A stretch of 64,000 bases of DNA from positions 618,807 to 682,806 of the forward strand of contig NW_005434655.1 of assembly GCF_000315625.1 (NCBI RefSeq), written 5' to 3'. This DNA is from Guillardia theta CCMP2712 (lineage: Eukaryota; Protista; Cryptophyta). Every line of letters starts with the position of its first letter. Position 1 is the stretch's first letter. A model generated the notes under the pieces. That model worked only from the letters and a program-made list of their open reading frames with translations. It searched no databases and was not told the origin of the DNA. Both the position numbers and the translations under genes were made by a program. Below, one piece after another: positions 1 to 12,500 of this stretch.

Positions 1-3000
1 GTCTTTCAGGCTCAGGCTCGTTTCTTGACCTTTTGAGAGAGAGTGTTTCATGAGATGAAAGGAGAGAGAGGAGAGAGAAGAGAGGAGGAAGGAGGGGGGA
101 GGGAGGAGAGAGGAGAGAGGAGGGAGGAGAGAGGAGGGAAGAACAAAGGGCAGAGAGGAAGGTGGAGCGGGGGGGGGAGGAGGGAGGAGAGAGGAGGGGA
201 GGGAGGGAGAGGAGTGACCACCTGATAGACAAGGAGAATCTGAGTTCTTCCTCATCGGAACTAGAAGACATCTTGGATTGCTTCTTCGCCGAGACCTTGA
301 CAGATGAGTATGAGGAGCAACAACTTGCGAACAGCCGCCATGAAGCCAACAAACCTCCTGCGATCTCCTGCCTCCTTGCACCTGCGACCACTTCTTGGTC
401 GAGCTTGACTTGTGGTTGTTGGAGGAGCCGTCAAGGCTGTAGGGTGTCGGTGATGATGGGAAGCGGAGACGACTTTGTCACCTCCTCCTCGTCATGTCCA
501 GGGCCGGTGGCGGTGGTGTTGGTTGGGGCTCAGGCCTGACCTCTCCCCGCGACTTGGAGGAACTGAAGGAGAAGTGTGAGATGAGGAGGAAGGGGAGGAG
601 GGAGGAGGAAGAAGAAGCACAGAGGGACGAGGGGGGAGGGAGGAAGGAGGGAGGAGGGAGAGAGATTCAAAGAGGAAGAGTATCACCTGGTTGTTTTAGA
701 ATCTTTTTTGGAGGATTCATCGCTGTTCTCCTCCATGTCCAGTCGCTTCTCCAACAATCGGTGGAGTCTTCGATTTTCAAGCTGCGAGATGCGTGAGGTC
801 AGAACGTGAAGCAAGGGGCGCGTGAAAAATCTTATCGCATCACATGACATGGCTTTCATGCCACACACATACGAGTACTCCGTGATCAATCAAACTCAAC
901 ATAATGCCGCATCACAAAAGAAAAGATAGGTTGCAATTACATCATAACCACACTCTTTCTTACTTGCAATCTTGCCAGCTTCGAGTTCGCTTGCTGCAGC
1001 GAGGTATTCAGCCTCTCCTGCTCGCTCCTCTTCTCATCGCGGATGTTGCTGATGCTTTCCTCCAGCTGCGCGATCTTGTCCTCCTTTGCCCTCACGTTCT
1101 CTACAGGAGGAAGTCATTCACTCCATCTCCTCGTTGTCACTTCACCTCTCCTTCACCTCTCCCCTCCCCTCCCCTCTGCCCTGCTCGCATCTCGTAGGAC
1201 CTCCTCTCTCTCTCCTCTCCTACCTGGGTTGCTTTTGGACGTCAGCTCCTCTAGCTGCTGCTGTAAAATCGCGATCCTCATCGCCCTCAGGGTTGCGATC
1301 CGTCGAACAACTTTGAGCTCGTCTTGAAGGTTTTGAACCTGATCAGCCTCATGTCAACCTTGGCTCTTTCCCTCTGCTCAACCTTGTCGTTGGCATCTCT
1401 CGTGTCTCGGCTGTGCTGCTTGCTCAATTCCTGAGGGGAGGTTTCGATCAACTCGTCAGGTCAAATACCCCCTCCTCCTCCTCCTCCTCCTCCTCCTCCT
1501 CCTCCTCCTCGAATCATCATCGTTACCATGATCATCGTGATCATCACTATTCTCTTTGACTTTCACCAGCAAGTCTCACCTCTATCGCCTGGCGGGATGA
1601 CTCGAGCAGCATCTTCTCGCCCTGCTGCATCTTCAGCATGCTCTCTTCCAGCTGTCGCTTCTCCAGCATGACTTGATCCAGCTGCGGGGACATTGTAACT
1701 CACTCTCATCGCAGCACAGACCAACTTCACCTGTCTCTGCACATCCCTCGCTTGACCGGACTGACTCTGCATCGACAAGAGCTTCTTCTCCGCCTCTTCC
1801 TGCCGTCTCAAGTAACCACAAGCACGTGCTCCTCTCCTCCTCAACCCACCAGCTTCCTCGTCAAGTCTGCCGACTTCTTCTTCGACCCCTCCAGATGCAT
1901 CTCAACATCCTTCAACTTAGTCGTCATGACCTCCTGGTCCCTCAGGTCTGCCTGCAGCCGCTCCACCCTCGCCGTCAGCATCTCCTTGTCTCCTTTGAGG
2001 CCCCTGATCGCTGCCGCCTGAGCCTGGATCTTAGCCATGCTGGCGTTCCTCTCCTTGTTGAGCTCATCTATTCTCCTCCTCTCCTTCTCCAGCTCCTTGA
2101 ACACCTGGTCCAGCTTCTCCTTGAACACCTCAATCGCCTCCTCTTCCTTCTCAAGATGTTCCCTGCTGCTCCATGGCGAGAAGTCGTCCTCCCTTCTCTC
2201 CTCCTCTCTCCTTGGGCTCGCGCGATCTTTCCTCAGCTTCGACTCCACGCTCCTCGGGCTCATGTACTCACGGTTCATCCCAGTGATCTCTGCGGCCACG
2301 TTGTATCCTGGCCCCTGCCCGACCGACCAGGGGGAGGAGGGGCGAGAGGGGAGCGATCGCATGATAGTCGAGCTAGTGGGGGTGGTGTAAGGGGAGGATG
2401 TGATCTTGTGCTCCATCGTCTCTGCGCGACTTCCAGAGCTGACGAGCAGCGGAGAATTCTTGTCGTCTCGCTCCGGTCCCTTCTGCCGCACAGGTCAGCA
2501 GCAGCAGCAGCGGCAGCAACAGCAGCAGCGGCCTTAACAGTTCCCCACCTGCTCCTCCTGCGGTGTGTCTGCTGTCCCGTGGCTGCAAGAGATGAGCAAC
2601 TCCTGCCAGCATTCCATCACAACCATGACGGGGAACAAGCACAACTCGTCTCCCAGCTCACCACAGTGGACTTGGGCTCTCCAATAATCATCTGCGTCAC
2701 CTGCAGAACCCTTCAGCGTCAACCTGCATGCGGGAGGCTCGCTGCCCCCTACCTCGTCCGGAACTTTCTCGTAGACGGAGATCTGGTCCACAGCATGCAG
2801 AAGGTCGCCAGGATGGACTAGGCAGGAGGCAGCAGCAGGGCCGTGCTCCTTTAGGGCTGCGATGGTGAAGGGGCCGACCGGGTACGTCTTCCAGAACGTG
2901 ATCCCGATGCCGCACTTGCTCCCCGGAGGCCCGTCCGATCTCTTGAGCATCAGAGACTTGTACTCCTTGCTCCTCCCCGCCGACGTCTGGCTCGTCGAGC

Positions 3001-3142
3001 CCACTGATCTTGGGGAGCTCGGGACCCGCGGCAGAGGTTTGGAGGGCGGAACGGACATGTCTTTTGTCAAGCTGTCATGCCCATCTCCTTTGGTCATCCT
3101 GGGGAGAGGAGGAGGGATGTAAGAGAGAGAAGAAGCTTTCAT
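1..3142 (-). CDS. Multi-exon PDZ-domain and long coiled-coil protein; 3' end runs off the window start, 5' end uncertain
   Basis: ORF 2534..3142 contains CGIGITF (GLGF-loop equivalent) followed by FTIAALKEHGPAAASCLVHPGDLLHAVDQISV, a typical PDZ pattern. ORF 1841..2491 and further exons down to position 1 are E/K/L/Q-rich heptad coiled coil, separated by short GT-AG introns. Confidence 0.7.
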
Positions 3143-3990
3143 GCTTCCACGGGCGCCAGATCCAGATTACTGAGCCTCGCAAACGAAGGATTTCTACAGG
3201 ACAAAAGCATCGTTCTTGCCCTCCATCTACACAGATATGTCAGCAGGCACGCAATCCTTGTCGGAACTTACTGTCTTTGAAGGAATCCACCGGAAAATGC
3301 GTCACTCTTGGCACATATCCTGCTAAGCAATGAGGCGTCACACCAGGAAGTGATAGCAATTGCGGGAGTGAGGAGTCAACTTTGAGAAAAATTTGATGCT
3401 GAAAGGTGAGATGGAGAGCCACAAAAAAACAAAATGATCCAGGAAGACCAAAAACTATTCAAACATGCAATGTAGTTCATGGTATGGGCGCCTTGAGTCA
3501 TGGAACTTGGCAGCAACAGGAGTGAGCTGGTGAACATGGACGAAAGACGATTCACAAAGTTGTAGCGGCTCGTGTCAGAGGACGCCGGAACGATCTTCTG
3601 CATCGCTCCTCCTCACGGGTGTTTCCCTCACAACCGCTGAGCTGCATGACCTGCGCTGCTGCTCCTCTTCCCTTCCCCTCCTCCTCCCCTCCCTTCTTCC
3701 CTTCTCGACCTCACTAGTTTCCTTCGCCATGTGACTGAAGCCAGTCAAGTCTCACTACCCTACCCCCCGGCCCGGGAATATGATGCAGAAGTTGGGAATA
3801 TTATTGCTCTCGGTTCGAATTATGCTTTAGTATCATGGTACCGTATTTATTAGGTTCCTCTCTAAGTAAAAAGGCTATACATACCACCTGAGCCTCAAGT
3901 ACTCGATCGAACAGGCTCCCCCAGTACCCACTCCCGGGAGTAAAGTTCCTCCTTGTCAACGGACTGAAAGGATTTCGAATTGAGCGAAAG

Positions 3991-4120
3991 AAACTTCAAA
4001 CTTTCAATGCTGAAAACTTCAAACTTTCAATGCTGGAAACTTCTAAAACTTCCGTGCGGCCATGATAAATTACTCAAACTTTGTATGCTGGGAAACTTTG
4101 AAACTTTGAAGCTTTGAAAT
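3991..4120 (+). repeat. Degenerate 23-bp tandem repeat (AAACTTCAAACTTTCAATGCTG[A/G]) with decaying AAACTTTG copies upstream of the nucleotidyltransferase gene
   Basis: Near-identical units at 3991-4013 and 4014-4036, partial copies at about 4037-4052 and 4076-4120. Confidence 0.75.
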
Positions 4121-4205
4121 TTATTCAATGCCGCGAGTTTTTTTTTGAATCAAAGTTTCAAACTTATTTTTGATTTTGCCGATTCTGACCGCTCCTGTAG
4201 CCTCC

Positions 4206-5871
4206 ATGTCCGATCAAGGAACCGACAAGGAGGGGAGGCTGGTAGAGAAGAAGGCGGGAGAGGAGGCGGAGAAGAAGGCGGAGAAGAAGGCGGAGAAGCA
4301 GGCGGATGCAGTTGTAGTGAACCACCTGCCTGCCACTGTGATGCTACATACTCCCTCCAGTACGCCCAAGGCCGAGGAGTGTTACGACAAGAACGCTTAC
4401 CTGAGCAGAGTGATATCAAGTGTCGAGTCAAAAGACAGCATGCTATTGAAGATCAACTCATTCGTCTTGCAGCTTGGAAGGTCTATCAGCTCTCTTCCAT
4501 CCTCTGTCTCAGTTGCTCTTGACTCGATTCACAGTGTCCTTAAGGAAACATTTGGGCCGACAACCACACTGTCTCTGTACGGATCAACAGTTTATGGGTG
4601 TGCGACAGTTGATAGCGACTTGGACATTACATTTTGCATTGGTGATCAGGTGAGAAAAGCCTTTTGCCTGCTGGCCCGTTCGACTTCTCAACTGGCTTCC
4701 AGGACATGGGACTTGAAACGAAACGAAAGTTGTTGAAGAGACTCTCAAAGGTCCTCCGTCAGCGACTTCAATGTCAGTGTTTGGCAATTTTGCGATGTCG
4801 CGTGCCCCTGATCAAGCTGGAGGACAAGAACACAAACGTACCTGCCATCCTTACCTTGTGATGTTCTGAAGAGGTTGGCTGTAGATCAAGGCTGACCTTT
4901 CCACTGGAAATGCTGCCCCGATACCCCAGGCTAGACTCCTTCAAAGATATTCGAACATGGACTCAAGGTTCAGACAGGTATCTAGCTTTCTATCCCCAAC
5001 ACTTCTGCACTTCTGTTCCTTTTTCCCCCCTTTCTCTTGGCCTTTGCATTCAAGATGCTACTCTCTTGTTTTTGTTTGTTGCATGGACTGACAGAATCTC
5101 GAAGCTTGCCATCCTCGTGAAGCATTGGTCCAGAACAAGGGGCATCAATGACGGAGCGAATCTAATGAATTCGTATTGTTATTGTCTTCTGGTTCTGCAC
5201 TTCTGTCAAACGTAAGTCCATCAACATTGCGATCAGCACTCACGAGCTGGTTTGTGTCAGGATCCAACCTCCGATCTTGCCGATTTTGGACTGTAACAAA
5301 CCAATCCATGGTAATGTACTGAAGTTATCGAGTCGAGATCAATTGCTGCAGGATTCGAAGTTTCAAGGGTGAGTTGATCTGTTGTGTGTGCAAACAGCCC
5401 TCGCACCTGTTTGCTCCGTCCAACATTGACCAGTCCTATGCTCCAGCCGTCGCGAGTGGGTTTCTGAGAACGTCCAGACCCTTTCAGAGCTTCTGGGAAA
5501 GTTTTTCAAGTATTATGCGGAGGTGGATATGAATGTGATAAGTGAAAAGGATTGATGGACAACAGGATTTTGATTGGAACGAAGAGGTTATCTCAGGGAC
5601 CAATGCAAAACCATTGTTAAAATCAGCTGTCGAATGGGGTGAAGAGCAGGGCCAGGTCATTTGCATTCAAGATCTTTCGAACCCTCAGATGAATTGCGCT
5701 CGAAACGTACTTTTTTTCGGTTGTGTTGCCTGAGACTGAGCGAAAAACATTTTATCAGGTGAGGGATTTTGGGTTGGAGAAGATAGTCAAGGAGTTCCAG
5801 AGAGGAGATATGGTGATGAACTCGACACAGATCGGAGATTTATTCATTCCAAGTAAAGGAAAGAAGAAGTG
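4206..5871 (+). CDS. Non-canonical poly(A) polymerase / terminal nucleotidyltransferase (Cid1/GLD-2/TUTase family), multi-exon
   Basis: Pol-beta NTase signature LYGSTVYGCATVDSDLDITF, then RVPLIKLED..KADLS, LAILVKHWSRTRGIND..MNSYCYCLLVLHFCQ, and PAP-associated IQDLSNPQMNCARNV. Exons are joined by short GT-AG introns; stop TGA at about 5869-5871. Confidence 0.85.
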
Positions 5872-5952
5872 AAGATTCTCAGTGGTGATACCTCCACATC
5901 TTTGAGAAAGGCACATAAGTGTTGAGATTTATTTCAATTCACTTCCCGCAAT

Positions 5953-6819
5953 CTACTCGTCCCACATTTCGCTCAGGCGGCTAATTTGCATCTTTGTGAG
6001 GACTTGTTCCTTCGAGCAACCATACTTGTCAACAATAATCCGAAGAGATTCAATGTCCAGTATCCGCTTTCCAAGAAGGTTCAGCTCGTCCAAGATGGCC
6101 TGCCGGCTCAAGTTCACCTTCCGAAAAGAACTTGGCGTTGCTTTTCCCTGCCCTCCCTGTCCTCCCCGCACACTCTGCCCTCCCTGCCCCTTCTGCACGA
6201 CTTGTCCTCCTTGTGCGTGCTTGGCTGCTGGCTTCATAGCAGCCAGCTGGCTCTTGTTCTCACGGTTAACGGGCACCACCTGCTTCGGCGCAGTGGCCTT
6301 GGAGGCCAAAACTTCTTCAAATGAAGATTCGTCAGACAAAGAGTTCTCGTCCGACATGTCGCCATCATCATCCTTCGCGTCCGTGGCTTGCTTTGCCCTC
6401 TTGCTTGACGGTTCTTCTGGATGCTGGCCCGTAGGTTTGGGGATCCTGTCTGTTTCAGTCTCCTTAGAATGAGCGGCTCTATGTGTGTCGAGCTCTTTTG
6501 ATTGGACGCTGTTCCTGATAATCATCGAAAATTCAGTTTGAACTTCGTGAAGTTTGTCACGTATAGTATCCACTTCTTGTGAGATGTCAAAAATTTTGCG
6601 AGAAAGTCTCTGTAAAGCCGGCATCATACTCCTGCTGCCGTCAGGCTGAAATTTGCCTTTTGAAAGGCCAAGAAATTGCCGCTCACGCATGGACTTTGCT
6701 TTGTTACCAACATTCTTATCGTGCGATGTATTCATGCTCGAGCTCCTTCGTGCTTCAATTTCTCTGTGGTCGAGCCTTGGGGGTCCACTACGTCGTCGAG
6801 TATTGGTCGAAGCCACCAA
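5953..6819 (-). CDS. Hypothetical intronless protein (short coiled coil, acidic patch, GQG repeats, possible small C-terminal helical domain)
   Basis: 288-aa uninterrupted ORF of protein-like composition, convergent with the nucleotidyltransferase gene; no family recognised. Confidence 0.6.
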   Translation of the reverse strand: MVASTNTRRRSGPPRLDHREIEARRSSSMNTSHDKNVGNKAKSMRERQFLGLSKGKFQPDGSRSMMPALQRLSRKIFDISQEVDTIRDKLHEVQTEFSMIIRNSVQSKELDTHRAAHSKETETDRIPKPTGQHPEEPSSKRAKQATDAKDDDGDMSDENSLSDESSFEEVLASKATAPKQVVPVNRENKSQLAAMKPAAKHAQGGQVVQKGQGGQSVRGGQGGQGKATPSSFRKVNLSRQAILDELNLLGKRILDIESLRIIVDKYGCSKEQVLTKMQISRLSEMWDE

Positions 6820-6993
6820 TAGTCAATGAGGCATTTCTGCGGCTTCGGAGGCAGTCCTTCCTCCACTGGCAGGCTGTGATCCTCCTTCGAACTCTCTCAC
6901 TACAGTATACTCATATCTTATCGAACCTCCGTCCCCTCCGCCGCTCCTCCTCAGTTCCTGGTCGCAGCCATCGCTTTCCAGGTTTGAAAGTCG

Positions 6994-7029
6994 TTTACTC
7001 AAAGTTTAGTTAAAAACAGCACGAATACA
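6994..7029 (-). repeat. Copy 1 (inverted) of a dispersed ~40-bp conserved intergenic element
   Basis: Reverse complement reads TGTATTCGTGCTGTTTTTAACTAAACTTTGAGTAAA, matching copies at 41236, 53393 and 54212. Confidence 0.75.
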
Positions 7030-9596
7030 TGACGGGCGGTCATAGGAGGGATGAGGTCTACCAGTGCAATGGTCAGTGGAGGGATGTGGGTCAGGATGTG
7101 GAGGGGGGATGAGGGTCTTGTTTAAAATGTTTTAAATTTTATAAAAGTATTGTAAAGGTCACCATCCAAATACGTGGGGGAATAGGTGATGACTACTACC
7201 CCTGGTACTCGGTACCCCATCTTTTGACAGGACACCTTACCAGAAAATACCCCACCACTGGTTTACTTGTTTTAAAATGAGTCACCTACACCCACCCCCT
7301 CTTTTCCAGACCATGACCACTGTTTACAACCCCTTCCTAGCAGCAATTACGAAGCCCCACCCCTTCTTAGGGCCCTTATGATGCCCCTCGCCTACGTAAC
7401 ATAATCAACTTTAACAAGGGGGTAGGGTCATCATATGACCCACTATCTTTCCTCGAGCACCCCCTCATTATACATACAAGTACCCCACCCTTATAGACTT
7501 TGCTGCACATTTACCCATTTTGTGATCTGTACCCCACCCTCTATCAAGGTGAAGTACCCACCGTGTATATTCTACCCCTGCTCGATCATCCGACCCTACC
7601 AATGGAACGATGGTCATACCCTATGCACCCCTTGCCGACAAGACTCTATCCGACTCTCAGCAAGTCTTGACACAGGGACTCATCCTCGTCCTCCCCCTCA
7701 CTCCTCCTCCTCAAATCGTCCTCGCCTCTCCTCCTCCTCCTTCTGCTGCTATCATTCGCTTTCCTCCTGTCATATCCCCGCGTTTCGCGGCCTACCACCC
7801 CTATCACCAGTCTGCCTGGTATAATCTGCATTGCGCAAATCAACGCATGTCTGCTTGCAAACTAGGTGGATGTATTAGCAGGATGGTGTATCCTCCGCCC
7901 CCTCATGCACCAGCCTTTCTCATAGCACGCTACCTCTCCTCCTCCTCGCCCTCCCCCTCCCTCCCTCTTCCCTGTTCGTTGAATTGGCATTTCATCGCCA
8001 ACAAATCAATTGCACTACCCCCCACCCCTCTACCTACCCCACCCCTACCTCCTCCTCCTCCGCGCCGCTCCCATGCGTGCTGCTGTGTTCAACTTTGCAG
8101 CCTATCACTTCAATCCAACTTTCCTTCCTATCCACTCCCTCCTCCCTCTCCCGCTCCTCCCGCTCCTCCTGCTCACGATCCCGCTCCTCCTCCTCCTCCT
8201 CCCCACCCGTCCTCTAGTCCCTCAAGTCAGGGTGGCGGCTGCGGTTTTAACGTGCCGCGGGCCCCGGCGGCTCCTTTTTGTCGCCGGCTCTATTTCCTTC
8301 TGCTGCGCGCTTATCGCGCCGACGGCGACTTTGCGAGTCAAGATCACCGCCTAGAGTGCGATGGTTGAAACTGGAATGCCGCCCCTCCTCCTTAGCCCTC
8401 CTGCCCCTCCTCCTCCTCCCTCTGTGTTTCTTGCTTGTCATGCGCCCCCGTGTACGAATGCTCTGCATGCATGGTAGCTGTTGATGAGTGCTGAGAGGGT
8501 AGGCGGCATGGAGCGGCAGCCATGTTCGACCGGCAACCTTTTGCTGTTGTCATGACTTTGAATACTGATTCTGGTCTTACTGCTCTCGCGCTCGCTGCCG
8601 ATTCTGCCATGCGCTTCTTCGTTTGTTCTTGCGATGCTGCCTCTCTGATGCATTATTGTTCTCCGCAAGTCAAAGACAGATCTCATGCCTCCTCCTTCCT
8701 CCTCCTCCTCCTCCTCCCCATGACCCCCCTCGCCCCTGCATCCCCCCCCCCCCACCACCACCTCCTCCTCCTCCTCCTCCTCCCTCGCTTCCATCTGCTG
8801 CTGCTGCTTCTTCTTCTGCTTCTGCTCCTTCATCCTCTTCCTCTTTTTTCTCTCCTCTACCTCACCTGCATTTCCCGATGCTCTTGGTTGTGTTCCGACA
8901 TCAGTTATTCGTATCTCTGTTCTTGCGTAGCTGGCAGGGCTCCTTCTCCTCGTGCTTGTTTTCGTTTGTGCGATGTTTGAAAAACATATCTTTCTTTCTC
9001 ACTGTTTCCTACTTTGTCGTGTCTTCCTCTTCTCGGAGGTCTACACCCTTTTGTCCCAACAACCAAGTCCACATCCATCCTTGCTGTATTCGCTGCTTTT
9101 ATGCTGTTTGATATTTGTAATCTTGACTTGGTTTGTAATCTCTTGGAATGTCTTGTTTTCTTGAGTTTTCTCATCGTACATTCATTGGTGCCATGGAGAT
9201 TTGGATTCATCAAAACCCTGTAAAACGCATGAATAGTTTTCAAAGCAGAAGCATTTTGACGGTGTTAGTTGATTGTTAGAAAGCAGCTTGAATGTGTCTG
9301 AGAGGTTTATGTAAAGCCCTTCTGTTCCTGACCCAACACTACAGTTCAATGACTTTGTCTCTGAAGCGGCAATATTGTCTCAAGATGACATGTGCTTGAT
9401 TTGATTCTGTTCGGAATGCTGTCTCTTTAGTAGAAATATTTCTTGGATTGTTTCAGACCAGACTCCAAAGTTCCTTCTTTTCCTGCCTCCTCCTTTGTCA
9501 ATCACAATCTTTACATGTTTATGGGAAGTTGGATCTTTTTGAAGCTAGTATTGGTTCTTTTCATCTCTGTCTCTTTGTAAGACTTGCTTTTTCCAG

Positions 9597-12500
9597 GCAG
9601 AGCAGAGTTCGAAAACACTTGTCCAGGTACTGCTTGCTTGTAAGTTGCGCAACCGTGAAGTTTGATCGCGTTTGACCACAGGTCCTATCAACAAAGGAGC
9701 TTTCGTGCTTCCGGCAAGCATTCATGCAGACACAACCAGAAAACGAGGACTCCAACACAGGTCCAGCCCAACGGATTTCTACCAAGGTCGAGAATGGAGT
9801 GAATGATACATGTGCTGTCGACTATGAGCTAGCATCGCTGCCTGACGCACCAACGTTTTTTCCTACAATGGAGGAATTCCGCGATCCGATGCGATACATC
9901 GAAAGCATCCGACTGCAGGCAGAGGAAGCTGGCCTTATCAAGATTATCCCTCCCAAGGAATGGAAGTGTCCGTTCACAATCAAGGAAAAGGGAGACTCCT
10001 TTCATTTCCAGACCTGCGTGCAATCCATTGATCAACTTCGCCATCGCCAAGGACCAAGCTCAAATTTCCTGAGGAAATTGAGACATTTTCACAAGAAGCG
10101 AGATCTGTCGGTACCTGCTGAGGTCGGAATGTCCCTCTTGCTTCCATCAGCTATGGCTTGATTGTTCTTTTTCGGCAGATTCCGTTCATCGACGGAAGGC
10201 AAGTGGACTTGCACTTGCTGTACAAGATAGTTGAGGAACGAGGTCCGCATCGCCTTTGCTTCCAACTTTGAACCGATTGACGGGATTCCCAGGGGGCATG
10301 ACAAAGGTGGACCAAGAGAAGAAATGGAACGATGTGGCAGCTTCTCTGAAAATAGGCAAGAACAGCCAGTCTGGGCCTGTAGCGCAGCGAATCAGGTTGG
10401 CGATTGTTGTCACTCCATCGCTACCTCGAGGTGACTGAAGTCTGCGCAGGGATGTTTATCGTCTGTATCTGGAGAAGTATGCGATGGCGATCTCGCAGGT
10501 TGGACGGCAGGATGTCTTGAGTCAGTGAAGAAGTCTGAAACAAGTGTGCAGGGACTGAAGCCTGAAGAAGAGCTCAAGGAGGAACCTCTCTTTACGGTCC
10601 GCAAGCGCTTCGCTCGCATGGCGGCTGCTGCAGGTCTCGATGGCTCAAGAGGACAAGTTGAAAGTTCCTGATGGCTCTTGTAGGAAACGCTGGAGAGGAG
10701 GGAGAAGAAGGAGATGCGGGCGATTCTTTTGGTTTCGGGGAAGGAGGCTTCTACACGTTCCATTCCTTCAGACGACGAGCGGATGACTTCAAGAGCAAGT
10801 GGTTCAGCGACTGGGAAAGGTGAGGAAAGAAGGTGGGGGAGAGACCTTGTGATGTGTCTTGATCAGGCCTGTCACCGTTGAGGACGTCGAGAAGGAGTAC
10901 TGGAGGGTGGTCGACGGTGGAGGTGCATCTCACTCAGTTCGATGAGCTTCCAATCTGATGCTTTTCTGATTTTTAGATTTGATGCTTCGCGTGGAGTATG
11001 GAAACGATCTTGACGTCTCTGGTCACGGAAGTGGCTTCCCTACAGCAACAAACTGCAAGCCGGAAGACAAAGTATGTCTCTTGTCTCTGTGTGCTGACGT
11101 GATGAGATGTGGTAAGTGTCCTTACCTTCTTACTTGCAGGAATATGTTGAATCGCCATGGAATCTCAACAACCTTCCGCTTCAGGTACTGATCCTGCAGC
11201 AGAAGTGTGTGAGAAGATGATGGTTGTCATAGGAAGCATCGCTCTTGAAATACATCTCGCCCAATGGCGAGATCAGCGGAGTCTCAGCGCCGTGGGTGTA
11301 CGTTGGGATGCTGTTTTCAACCTTTTGCTGGCACAACGAGGACAACTACCTCTACAGCATCAACTACATGCATCATGGAGCAGGCAAGACATGGTATGGC
11401 GTGCCTGGTGGTGAAGCAGAGAAGTTCGAGCAAGTATTTTACAACGAGGTCCCGGAACTCTTTGAGAAGGATCCAAAGCTCCTGTTCAAGCTTTGTACCA
11501 TGATTTCTCCGAAGGTGTTTCAGGAGAGAGGGGTGAGGGTGTACCACACGGTTCAGAGGCCTGGAGAGTTTATCGTGACGATGCCTCAGTCATATCACGG
11601 TGGGTTTTCTCATGGATTCAACTGCAACGAGGCCGTCAACTTTGCTCCAGCTGACTGGCTCCCGTTTGGTCGTGCGTCAGTGGAACGATATAAATGCAAA
11701 AAGAGGAGCCCTGTGTTCTCGCACGAACGATTGGTGATGACGTTGGCCCATCGCAACTTCTCTGACGCGATTCACGCTCGCGCCTCTGAGTGGATCGAGT
11801 CGGAGATGTTGTACATTGCTCGGAGGGAGTTGGAGGAGAGGAGGTTCCTTTGCCCCGGCGACTGCGACTCGTCGATCCCCGACTCCAAGAGGCCCAAGTG
11901 CTTCAGAATCCCCAGGGACATGAGCAATGTCGTCAACAGCAAGGACGAGTGGATCGGAGGAGTCTCTGAAGCTGAGATGCCTCAATGTCACTGCTGCCTC
12001 CACTACTTATACCTCTCGGGAGTGATGGACAGACGAAACCCGAAGAAGGTTTCGTGTCTGAGCAAGATGTGCCTGGCGAAGTTGCTGGGTGAGGAGTCGG
12101 ACTCACTGAACCTGGCGTCGCATGCAGAGCACTTGATCCTCGCCTACCGCTTCACGATGGAGGATCTCTTCTGTGTCTCCTCGTCGAGTGACGCCAACAT
12201 GATCTTGGAAGCGCGGAGGCTCGATCACTACTTTACGATGCTCAAGAACGATTCAGATGCCGCTGCTCTGACTGTCTGGTTCTTGCCTCACGGGGTAGAC
12301 GATGGGAAAGAATCTCCGCGATCCTCGATCGCCGAGATTGAGAACAGACCCAAGAACTCGCCCCTCGTCCACGGCAGCATGAAATCTGCACCTGTGAAGA
12401 ATCCTGCTATGGCTGGGATCAAGAGAGAGAACGGCGCTCCTGCTCCCGTGGTGAAGGATGCTCGTCCTGGCTCTCCTCTCCTCCTCACTTGCCATGCTCA

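Noticed and set aside
1673-2821. 382-aa plus-strand ORF, and similar long antisense ORFs (21890..22603, 23139..24119, 59999..61036)
   Set aside because: These are shadow ORFs opposite GC3-rich real genes and carry no recognisable motifs.
3240-3730. Small minus-strand gene, or extra 5' exons of the PDZ gene
   Set aside because: An ATG and splice-like sites exist, but no consistent reading frame could be built; left unannotated.
3991-4120. CRISPR-like array
   Set aside because: The units are contiguous with no unique spacers, there are no cas genes, and the context is eukaryotic.
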